A stretch of DNA of 13,289 nt, from assembly GCA_000960865.2 (NCBI GenBank), contig JZWU02000036.1, positions 1 through 13,289 of the forward strand, in the 5' to 3' direction. This stretch comes from Vulcanisaeta sp. AZ3. GTDB lineage: Archaea > Thermoproteota > Thermoprotei > Thermoproteales > Thermocladiaceae. Shown in pieces: positions 1 through 7,871 of this stretch. Made by a program: the position numbers and the translations under genes. How positions within the stretch are numbered: the first letter of the stretch is position 1; every line of letters starts with the position of its first letter. The notes under the pieces were generated by a model. It made no database searches. It was not told the DNA's origin and saw only the letters and a list, made by a program, of their open reading frames with translations.

Positions 1-201
1 GTCGTACCAAAACCAGGAAAAACACTAACAGAAGAAGAAATAAAAAACCACCTAACACAATACGTAGAAAAAGGAATAATACCAAAATGGTGGATACCAG
101 ACAAAATAATAATTAGTGAGAAAGAGCTACCAAAAACAAGTACAGCCAAAGCTGATAAGAAGGTCCTTAGGGATATGTATAAGAATGCATTGTCTATATA
201 A
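1..201 (+). CDS. Acyl-CoA synthetase / long-chain-fatty-acid--CoA ligase (AMP-binding), C-terminal fragment; 5' end lies outside the window
   Basis: Frame +1 from base 1 reads VVPKPGKTLTEEEIKNHLTQYVEKGIIPKWWIPDKIIISEKELPKTSTAKADKKVLRDMYKNALSI, stop TAA 199-201. KWWIPD and LPKTSTxKxDKKxLR match the AMP-binding C-terminal domain with the A10 catalytic Lys. Not in the supplied ORF track. Confidence 0.9.
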   Translation, partial: VVPKPGKTLTEEEIKNHLTQYVEKGIIPKWWIPDKIIISEKELPKTSTAKADKKVLRDMYKNALSI

Positions 202-222
202 ATGCGTAGAATATATTGTGCT

Positions 223-235
223 AAAAACTTAAAAG
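223..235 (+). promoter_or_regulatory. Putative BRE/TATA promoter for the amidohydrolase-like gene
   Basis: AAAAAC-TTAAAAG with TTAAAA at 229-234, 24 nt before ATG 259, the spacing of a leaderless archaeal transcript. Confidence 0.55.
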
Positions 236-258
236 CACCAACCAATAGTTTTTCTATA

Positions 259-1140
259 ATGATAATAGATTTTCACGCATGTCCCTCTATAGATCTATCC
301 CTAATTAAGAACAAGCTTTCATTAATTAAGACCACTAAAGTCGTATTACAGCCCATAGATGCATTGCCTTTACTTCACGTGTTACCTAATAACTTTAGCC
401 TATTTAAGGAATTATCAATATCTAATAGATATGTAGCAACACTCCTGAGCAAGTTTGTTATTGAGCTAACGAGTATGTGGCACCCGAGGATGTATGATAA
501 TGTTAAGTTATGGTATGAAGCCCATAATATGGACCCTAACTTCTTCATACCCTTTGCTAGTATCAACCCAGCTCTTGGTGTCAGGTACGTTCGCGAAAAA
601 CTCGACGAGCTAAATGAGCTTAATATACGGGGTATTGTTGTATCTCCATCACTACAGCTATTCGATCCTTTAAGGACCAAGGCCTTTGGATTAATCCTTG
701 AATATATTGAAGGTAGGAATATGCTACTGGTGATGCATCTAGATCCATGTCCACATAGTATAGGTGCATGCATTAAGGAGTTAATGCCGGATTTACTAAA
801 CGATATACTTGAGAGGTATAGCGTTACTATCGTGCTTTCCGCATTGGGAGTGTCCGAGAGCATGATATATTCGTGGCTTAATAGAGTATCTAGGTTAATG
901 AGGAGGTACGATAGAGTTTATATAGAGACATCGGGTATAACATGTACCTTATTCAATACATCAATGGGTAAGCGATTCATAAAGTTGATGGGTATAGATA
1001 GGATAATATATGGTAGCGGTTATCCCTATATGAAATTCAAGCAAGTTATTAAAGAACTTAGGTGCTTAGAGACCTCTGAATTTCTAAAGCGTGATCTAGA
1101 GGCAGTACTTTATGATAATGCAAAATACTTATTGAATTAA
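259..1140 (+). CDS. Amidohydrolase_2 family TIM-barrel protein with degenerate metal ligands
   Basis: Likely start ATG 259 (MIIDFHAC; the ORF track starts at 202). Family-like motifs: FIPFASINP, RGIVV..P, LVMH, VYIETSG, GIDRIIYGSGYPY, VLYDNAKYLL. Confidence 0.8.
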   Translation: MIIDFHACPSIDLSLIKNKLSLIKTTKVVLQPIDALPLLHVLPNNFSLFKELSISNRYVATLLSKFVIELTSMWHPRMYDNVKLWYEAHNMDPNFFIPFASINPALGVRYVREKLDELNELNIRGIVVSPSLQLFDPLRTKAFGLILEYIEGRNMLLVMHLDPCPHSIGACIKELMPDLLNDILERYSVTIVLSALGVSESMIYSWLNRVSRLMRRYDRVYIETSGITCTLFNTSMGKRFIKLMGIDRIIYGSGYPYMKFKQVIKELRCLETSEFLKRDLEAVLYDNAKYLLN

Positions 1141-1209
1141 TGCTAAATTTAATTTCGAAGCCAAGTAAAATATTTATCGATTTTAAACACAGTATCGCTA
1201 ATGAGCAAT

Positions 1210-1764
1210 TTATGGTGGTATTATGCCTAATGGCGGTGGTATTCCCAACGCAACAACTACGCTTAAGACCAGGAATAGTGCACCATCAATAATAGCCAAC
1301 AAGCCAGAGGTCCAGTGCAATCTAGCGCTCATCCTATAACCTGCTAAGGCCGCGGTTATTACTTGAAGTGCTAAAAATACTAATGCAAATGCCAATAATA
1401 TTTGCCCCGTTAAACCAGCAAGGACAGTTACGATGAGGAAGTATATGCCAGAGTAGAGAAGTACATGATTCATTGCAAATAAGTTACTCCTTCCTATTGT
1501 TGCTGCAATACCGATCATCCAAAGGATTGCATCAAAGACAGATGTTGCAGCAGCGTTCAGGGCAGCACCAGCCATAGCATTAAACAACACGCCTATCAAT
1601 AACATAATGGCACCGCTTATGAACACGATGCCGAGATCCCTCGGTTCATTCTTCTTCCCAATATTCATATTAACACCACCAACCGTTATGAGCATAGCAC
1701 CACCAACTACATACACAATATCTGTTGCTGCCAAAGCTATTATAGACATAGACACTGTATCCAT
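1210..1764 (-). CDS. Small integral membrane protein (~6 TM), SatP/GPR1-FUN34-YaaH or AmiS/UreI-like channel
   Basis: 184 aa, almost entirely hydrophobic helices. The last helix HWTSGLLAIIDGALFLVLS resembles the SatP-family terminal helix. The NPAPLGL signature is absent, so the family call is tentative while the CDS itself is well supported. Confidence 0.55.
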   Translation of the reverse strand: MDTVSMSIIALAATDIVYVVGGAMLITVGGVNMNIGKKNEPRDLGIVFISGAIMLLIGVLFNAMAGAALNAAATSVFDAILWMIGIAATIGRSNLFAMNHVLLYSGIYFLIVTVLAGLTGQILLAFALVFLALQVITAALAGYRMSARLHWTSGLLAIIDGALFLVLSVVVALGIPPPLGIIPP

Positions 1765-2067
1765 ACAGAAGCATTTCCTTAGAATTAAGTCTTTAGTTTA
1801 TGTTTTACTTTTTATATTTATATTATTTATTAATGTATATAAAATACATACTATATGGGGTTTATTAGAACTAAGGTTATATTTCATATGTGTGGTTGAG
1901 TATGTGAGTTTATGAATTCTTTTGTAATTATCACGGACATTTGGCTTTTTCAGTATTAGTGCTGTTAGTGTGTTTTGATTTGTATAATTTTGTCGTATTA
2001 TTTATGCCGTTAACACCATTTTTATTACGAGATGAACTATGCTGGTTTACCCATGGCTCTGTGATTG

Positions 2068-3474
2068 TCATTTAAGTCTCATGAATCGGCGGATTACTAA
2101 GTAAAGTGCGATTACTAATGTTGCGATAAGGTATATGGTTAACTCAATAAGCCCCATGCCGTTCATAGCGCCGATTATTGACTCAGCCGCTGTAAATATA
2201 GTAATTATTGAAGCAACAATCGCTATTACCCTATCGATATGCCTCCTAGTGTCTACACCGTAAAGTACCGCCTTAATCTTAATCATTGTTGCCCTGAACA
2301 AGGACATGTTGGCTGATAAATGAACAATCAGATTAGCCAACATTGACATAAAGCCGAAGATTAAGAATGCCGTGAAAGGACTAAACACATAAGTACCGAC
2401 TAGAGCGATTACATCAAGAGCTAGAGCGCTAATAAGTACTGAAATTACTGGATTACCCTTACTATTAACTAATGAGAGTTGGCTTGGTAAAGCATCATCA
2501 TCAGCCATGGCGTAGAGAGTCCTTGATGAAGCAAGCACGTATGCTAAACCGCCCAGAATACCATCATTAATCATAGCAAAGATTACTATTGGGTCTAAAA
2601 GTACGCCTAAGAAGTGATGGAGGATAATGACAACAGGCGACAAACCCCTACTAGCCGTCTCGTTTAGAAAAAGCAAGAAATCGTGAAGATTCATGTACGA
2701 AAGACCACCAACGGCGGTTGCATACACCATCAAAGCCGCCAAAGCACCCCCAGTTATTATTACGGCCTGGACTGCCCTACTCACAACCTCTCTAGCTCTC
2801 TTAACCTCACCACTGAGTGGAGCTATTGTTCCGTAGCCCGTGGGGATCGCTATTGCATATACTACGGCCAACATGAGAGTTGGTAATGATACTGAGGACA
2901 TGTAATTAATGGGATTAAAGAAAACCCCATGGGATTCTATGAGTAAGACTAGGGATATTATGATTAAAGCAGCCATCTCTAGGGATCCGGCGAAGATAGC
3001 ATACTTAGCTGATATCTTAATGCCTAGGTAAGCAAATATCGTGATTAACGTTAAGGATATAGGTAAGGTATATTGCCAGGGAATGCCTAAGATCCATTGT
3101 GCTAGGTAGGAAGCGCCAATTACGTAAGCTGCGCCATAAAGTATTGCGTAAATTAGGTAAATCCAACCAATGAAGAAACCCGTGGAACTACCGCCGAGGT
3201 ACTTAACGGCATATCTATAATAACCACCAGCCTCAGTAACTCTCTTGCTTAATCTTGAAACTACGAAACCATTCACAAAGGCTACGGCGGTACCAATGAT
3301 AACAGCTATAGGACCTGCCAAACCAGCTATCGCCAGAACAACTGATGCGTATGTCAAATCACTCAAAAATGGCGATTGCCCACCTAGACTTGCAAAAAAT
3401 ATATCCCAAAATCCAAGCACCCTACGCAAACTAACCTCGCTGACGTTGGCACGCCCATTATTATTTATGGCCAT
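2068..3474 (-). CDS. APC family amino acid permease
   Basis: 468 aa, about 12 TM. N-terminal LRRVLGFWD, AGGYYRYA loop, GF.IGW.Y, LSGEVK, ASSRTLYAMADD..LP are typical APC motifs. Confidence 0.92.
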   Translation of the reverse strand: MAINNNGRANVSEVSLRRVLGFWDIFFASLGGQSPFLSDLTYASVVLAIAGLAGPIAVIIGTAVAFVNGFVVSRLSKRVTEAGGYYRYAVKYLGGSSTGFFIGWIYLIYAILYGAAYVIGASYLAQWILGIPWQYTLPISLTLITIFAYLGIKISAKYAIFAGSLEMAALIIISLVLLIESHGVFFNPINYMSSVSLPTLMLAVVYAIAIPTGYGTIAPLSGEVKRAREVVSRAVQAVIITGGALAALMVYATAVGGLSYMNLHDFLLFLNETASRGLSPVVIILHHFLGVLLDPIVIFAMINDGILGGLAYVLASSRTLYAMADDDALPSQLSLVNSKGNPVISVLISALALDVIALVGTYVFSPFTAFLIFGFMSMLANLIVHLSANMSLFRATMIKIKAVLYGVDTRRHIDRVIAIVASIITIFTAAESIIGAMNGMGLIELTIYLIATLVIALYLVIRRFMRLK

Positions 3475-3620
3475 ACCTACGACTTTATATCGACCTAGGA
3501 TGTTGGATTTAAAAATCTAACTGTTTTTTACAAAAAATATCCTTTAAAACGCGATATTGATGGACGTTTCATTAGATATGTCTTTTAAAAATGTTCTATA
3601 TCTATAATGGTAAAGTAGAA

Positions 3621-4190
3621 TTAACAATTTTCCGTCAGTAAGTGAAGCAATGCACTTTGAGATTGTCCAGGACCTCTCACATAGTGTGGAATCTCATTTT
3701 TACATGCTAACTTATTATTGTGTTTACCAGTTATAATATGAATTCTGCGTCCAAGAGTACATGGATTACGTACTACTTTCATAAAGTATTCCATGTATTT
3801 ATGACTCAATCTAATTATTGCGATATCCCACGTATTACCTATTAACTTATTTAGATCCCAATTACCATACTTAGCCCACTTATCTATTACTGAATAATCA
3901 ACATCCTTAAGATATGCATCATATGGTATTATTGGCCTTTCACCATTTATTATGCCATACCTGGCAGAGAACACAAATAAATCAATACACCATCTGAACT
4001 TCCTTAATATCCTAAACTCAGGGCCATCGTACATATCAATGGCAGGTCTCATAAGGTCGCTAAGTACTTGTCTGTAAATACTCTCATTCTCTATATCGAA
4101 GCCAGGCACTTTACCAATTCTTGAATATACAAGGCCTAAGTCAATACTCTTTCTCTTACTGCAATTTAACACAACCAATACATTTCTCAT
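3621..4190 (-). CDS. YaaA-like / DUF6884-type protein
   Basis: Motifs VVLNCSKRK, PAIDMYDGPEF, FVFSARYGII and IIPYD match the CSxxK / AxxxYxG / SAxYG / YD pattern of the YaaA (UPF0246)-DUF6884 group. ATGA overlap with the upstream gene at 4187-4190. Confidence 0.7.
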   Translation of the reverse strand: MRNVLVVLNCSKRKSIDLGLVYSRIGKVPGFDIENESIYRQVLSDLMRPAIDMYDGPEFRILRKFRWCIDLFVFSARYGIINGERPIIPYDAYLKDVDYSVIDKWAKYGNWDLNKLIGNTWDIAIIRLSHKYMEYFMKVVRNPCTLGRRIHIITGKHNNKLACKNEIPHYVRGPGQSQSALLHLLTENC

Positions 4191-4954
4191 CTTCCCCTCA
4201 CCGACACATACTTAAACAATAAGCCTCTCCTATCGAGAAGCCTATACCCAGCACCGAGCTTAAGTAAGTCAATGACGGTGCGCGGATCTCTAATTAATGA
4301 ACTGCCAATAACATCAATACCCAATCCATGTAGCACGGGTGGATACGCAGCCCCCGTAGGTCCACTAAGCATAACTATTGAGTTCTCCCTCCTTAACGTC
4401 AGTAGTTGGTCTATTGTATTGTTTATTATTGCCGAGCCTGTTATCACTAATATATCGCAGTTAGGCACTATTAATGGTGCATCAATGTCTGGATAACCGC
4501 TATGCCTAAGGTCACTTCTTCTCTCCAATTGATAAACGATACAATGCTCACTAACTCTCTCGGCAACCGGGGTTATACTACCAATGAAGCAGGCTTTGCA
4601 TCCAGGTCTCACGTACTTAAGAATCTCATCCTTTAAATCACCCTGAGTTAGCCTTAGTCCATCACGAGTAATTAAGTAATGAGATATGGCATTTAGTAAG
4701 GCAATGCCTATTGCCCTGGTCAAAGAATCCAGGTTAATGACTAATTCAGGTAGTTTCTCAACCTTAGGTGCTGCACCAACCTCGCCGGCCCTTAAATCCT
4801 CAACTGGCGTATAAGCTATTCCAAGGAACTCACCTAATTTCATCTTAATGAGGACATATGTGTAATTAAGACATGTGCATTGATCAATGACACTAACTTC
4901 ATCATTGCCTAATAGCCTTAATATACCCTCGGCTAAGGATTTACTGAAAATCAC
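4187..4954 (-). CDS. DUF364 family protein (Rossmann-like domain, putative metal chelation)
   Basis: RAIGIALLNAIS, CFIG, YQLER, CDILVITGSAIINNTIDQLL, SGPT, GIDVIGS are characteristic of DUF364/DUF4213 proteins. Confidence 0.85.
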   Translation of the reverse strand: MIFSKSLAEGILRLLGNDEVSVIDQCTCLNYTYVLIKMKLGEFLGIAYTPVEDLRAGEVGAAPKVEKLPELVINLDSLTRAIGIALLNAISHYLITRDGLRLTQGDLKDEILKYVRPGCKACFIGSITPVAERVSEHCIVYQLERRSDLRHSGYPDIDAPLIVPNCDILVITGSAIINNTIDQLLTLRRENSIVMLSGPTGAAYPPVLHGLGIDVIGSSLIRDPRTVIDLLKLGAGYRLLDRRGLLFKYVSVRGR

Positions 4955-5690
4955 TTTGCATCAACCCTTTGAATCTCATTGCATCATTTAGCATGTGTAC
5001 ATTATTAAACATTACGAATACCCTGGAGGAGCCTAAACTCATTACTATGTCCCTTAACCTTCTTAAATCATCATCCGTGTACTTATATGAATAATTAACC
5101 TCACCCTTACCAATACCATGAAGCCTAAGGTAAGCCACATCACGCTTAACCAAGGGACTTCGCTTAAATGGATCAACAATATGCATAATACCAGTCTCCT
5201 CAAAAATGCGTCTTAATAATTCCTCACTTTCATAACTCAAGCCTCTGAGTTCCCAACCAATTCTAGTTGCATTGCCAATTGTTTTAAAGAACTCGATTAT
5301 GTCTTCAGCATTATTCTCATTTATTCTCATTGACGGTGGTGTTTGAAAAACATAAAAGGAAGGGTTAAGTGGTTTAGTAGCATTCGCAAATTCGTCCCAA
5401 AGCTCTAAGTTTTCTCTAGTTGGTCTAAGGAGACCATAATTAATTAAATTCCCCGTTAACTTAGTTCTTCTCATCCTGCGCCATGTTGGCGAATCACTAG
5501 TGTGAGTTAGTCCCTGAAATACCTTAACCGTAAATTGAAAATCCTCAGGAGCCTCTTGTCCCAATATCTCCATCTTCTCTTGGTTTGGCAGGTCATAAAA
5601 GGTTTCCTGAAGTTCCACGGTACGGAATAGAGAGTAATACCTCGATCTTGCTGTGGGGAATCCGCATGTACCAATGATGACATTAACCAT
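4941..5690 (-). CDS. DUF72 (YecE/UPF0759) family protein
   Basis: Likely start ATG 5690 (the track gives 5711). IGTCGF, Y...F.TVELQETFY, F.FTVK, FQTPPS, WELRG, HIVDP, YLRLHG, Y.Y...L, VMFNN and DA.RF form the DUF72 signature set. Confidence 0.92.
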   Translation of the reverse strand: MVNVIIGTCGFPTARSRYYSLFRTVELQETFYDLPNQEKMEILGQEAPEDFQFTVKVFQGLTHTSDSPTWRRMRRTKLTGNLINYGLLRPTRENLELWDEFANATKPLNPSFYVFQTPPSMRINENNAEDIIEFFKTIGNATRIGWELRGLSYESEELLRRIFEETGIMHIVDPFKRSPLVKRDVAYLRLHGIGKGEVNYSYKYTDDDLRRLRDIVMSLGSSRVFVMFNNVHMLNDAMRFKGLMQSDFQ

Positions 5691-5737
5691 AGAGCCGATA
5701 AAGCATAACAAACTATTCCCTTTTTAACTCTCCTACA

Positions 5738-6400
5738 TTAATTCCTTCCTTCAACTACGTAGTCAAGAACCACCTCATTACCGCACTCACAAACCTTAAC
5801 CCAGGAGAGCCTAAGCCTAGGTCCTTCACTGGTTGTTGGATAACCAAGTCCCTCAATGAATGAAGTGCCTGAGCCGAACACGTACGGTGATATCGTGAGC
5901 CTAATCTCATCAACCAAACCCTCATGAATCAACTCCCAATTTAAATGCCCACCACCCTCCACGAGAATTCTCTTAACCCCCCTCTCCTCATACAATCTTT
6001 CCAAGGTTTCCCTGAGGCTCACTCTATCCTTACCCATTACCCAAACATCAACCCCTAAACTTCTCATTCTCTCAATCTTATCAGTTGGAGCTGATTCTGT
6101 GGTCACGACTATGGTGGGTGCCTCCTTATTTATAATAACCCTGGCATCTAATGGTATTCTCAATCTACCATCAATTACCACCCTAATTGGATTCCTAACA
6201 GCCTTAACATACCTGGGTGTTAATGAAGAGTCATCATTAATTATTGTGTTCGCACCAACCATGATAGCATCCACATTAGCTCTAACCTCATGAAGTCTCT
6301 TGAGGTCGAAAGGACAGGAAAGTCTTGAATAACCAGTTCTGCTAGCCAATTTACCATCGATACTCATGGCCGATACTATTATTACGTAGGGCTTGTTCAT
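5738..6400 (-). CDS. arfC: 2,5-diamino-6-(ribosylamino)-4(3H)-pyrimidinone 5'-phosphate reductase (RibD C-terminal / Rib7 type)
   Basis: PYVI...AMSIDGKLA, R..VDAIMVGANTI..DD.SLT, P.RVVID, ILVEGGG.LN, GLVDEI.L.ISP. Stand-alone reductase without a deaminase domain, as in archaeal riboflavin synthesis. Confidence 0.9.
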   Translation of the reverse strand: MNKPYVIIVSAMSIDGKLASRTGYSRLSCPFDLKRLHEVRANVDAIMVGANTIINDDSSLTPRYVKAVRNPIRVVIDGRLRIPLDARVIINKEAPTIVVTTESAPTDKIERMRSLGVDVWVMGKDRVSLRETLERLYEERGVKRILVEGGGHLNWELIHEGLVDEIRLTISPYVFGSGTSFIEGLGYPTTSEGPRLRLSWVKVCECGNEVVLDYVVEGRN

Positions 6401-6918
6401 GCCTTAGGTCTCATCATAATTAGTAATTTTAATACTGCAACCTTGTAATCCTCAATCGCTGGAATGGCTACTAAGTAACCGGTATATAAGCCATAAAGTA
6501 CTAGAGAGTTTCTTGGGGCGAGGAGTATTGAGGGTATTGAGAGCAAGTCCTCCTCTCCATCCACCAGTATAAGGACGTGATGGCCAAGTTGAGCCTCTAG
6601 AATAGCTTTACGAATCACCTCAATGTTCTTAATACTGAGTGTGGCAGATTCGTTCTTAATGTTAACGATAATATTGAAGGGTTCCCTTAAAGCCTTAATA
6701 CTCCTCTCTCTCCTGGTCCTTAAGTCCATAAAGGCAACATTAGGCGTTCTCCAATACCTAATCACGTTCATAGTTACCACATCACCAACAGTTACCAGAA
6801 ATACCTCTCCATACTCATCCCTAACTCTCATTATTGATTCAGGAGCCTCCCTAGCTATGGCTATGCCTATGGGCCAAGCCATTAATGACCTAGCCCACTT
6901 ACTTACTAACTCATACAT
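6397..6918 (-). CDS. GTP-dependent dephospho-CoA kinase (DUF359)
   Basis: VTVGDVVT, D.RTRR, VDGEEDLL.IP and VLYG motifs of the archaeal DUF359 kinase. ATGA overlap with the reductase gene. Confidence 0.88.
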   Translation of the reverse strand: MYELVSKWARSLMAWPIGIAIAREAPESIMRVRDEYGEVFLVTVGDVVTMNVIRYWRTPNVAFMDLRTRRERSIKALREPFNIIVNIKNESATLSIKNIEVIRKAILEAQLGHHVLILVDGEEDLLSIPSILLAPRNSLVLYGLYTGYLVAIPAIEDYKVAVLKLLIMMRPKA

Positions 6919-6957
6919 GCAATGAATTTTAAATGCAATAGTTAATAAGCATGGTGA
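6919..6957. promoter_or_regulatory. Compact divergent promoter region
   Basis: 39 bp between divergent starts. TTTTAAAT at 6927-6934 (+) and TTATTAA at 6948-6942 (-) each lie about 23 nt upstream of their respective start codon. Confidence 0.5.
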
Positions 6958-7851
6958 GTGCTTGCATACATAGATTATCCAGAGTGGAGGATGTTAATTG
7001 AGGATTATGTAACATTAAATGATACGCTCACTAGGGACATTAGACGAGCTCTTTCATTAATAGTAATGATTGGCGGTGGATATGATGACTCCTTAAACAG
7101 TCCCTTCCTTAGAGTGTGGAACGGATTAACAGGGAACAAGGCGTTCATAGAAGATATTTATGCGCTGACCACACAGTTCAAGAGAGGTTTAATCAATACT
7201 GAGATCCTAACCAGGGCGCTCCTAAATATACTCAGCACAAGAAGATTTTCTCTTGTTGACTTAATAATGATGAATAACTACATTAAGCTAATCAACGATA
7301 TAAACCTACTGGACCTTGGGTTAGTCATATTTTATGAAAACCCTGAATCAATACTGGCTGGTACTAGGGAACCATCGGACGTAGTTCCAAATAAGATAAT
7401 TAGTAGGGAGTTAGGGATAGACTTAGAGGAGAAGTGCATGGTAGTAAGGAGAGTATTCTCCGTGCACATATCTAGGCAATACGAATCGAGTAAGTATATC
7501 ATAGATTGGTCAAACCCAGGCATTATACCATATAGTAAATTTGTCGAGTCTCGAATAGGGGATGTTGAGGTTTCTGACCCAATATTCTCAGCTATTGTTA
7601 GGTTTAGAGTTAGGGTTGTGAGCAAGGTCTTAGGTAGGGAGTTCGTACTTACCTTACCAAAGTCCATGGATGTGAAGACGGATGAAGATTACTGCATGGG
7701 TAAAGTCTATGTGCCTCTTCCTCAAAGCATGTCGTTAAGCGATTATTTAGCGTTAGTTGGTAAGTTAACGAGTATGGGATATAAGGTGTATAGGTCGCCA
7801 ACAACGCGGGTTGATGAATTACTAGAGCGTTGTGCATTAGGTATAGAGTGA
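6958..7851 (+). CDS. Hypothetical protein (297 aa, soluble)
   Basis: Long ORF with normal codon usage, GTG start directly preceded by GGTGA, fills the space between neighbours. No motif recognised. Confidence 0.8.
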   Translation: MLAYIDYPEWRMLIEDYVTLNDTLTRDIRRALSLIVMIGGGYDDSLNSPFLRVWNGLTGNKAFIEDIYALTTQFKRGLINTEILTRALLNILSTRRFSLVDLIMMNNYIKLINDINLLDLGLVIFYENPESILAGTREPSDVVPNKIISRELGIDLEEKCMVVRRVFSVHISRQYESSKYIIDWSNPGIIPYSKFVESRIGDVEVSDPIFSAIVRFRVRVVSKVLGREFVLTLPKSMDVKTDEDYCMGKVYVPLPQSMSLSDYLALVGKLTSMGYKVYRSPTTRVDELLERCALGIE

Positions 7852-7871
7852 AACTTTCACTAAACTCTATA
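7842..7871. repeat. Nested inverted repeat over the stop codon
   Basis: AGTGAAA-C-TTTCACT (7847-7861), plus TATAGAGT (7842-7849) / ACTCTATA (7864-7871). Confidence 0.6.

Noticed and set aside
375-863. 162-aa minus-strand ORF
   Set aside because: Antisense shadow of the amidohydrolase-like gene, Ser-rich, no motifs.
1607-1915. 102-aa plus-strand ORF
   Set aside because: Half is antisense to the channel gene and the rest is T-rich intergenic sequence that gives artefactual hydrophobicity.
2683-3520. Short plus-strand ORFs 2683-2886 and 3245-3520
   Set aside because: Antisense to the APC permease.
4272-6925. Plus-strand ORFs 4272-4496, 6099-6293 and 6623-6925
   Set aside because: Antisense shadows of well-supported minus-strand genes.
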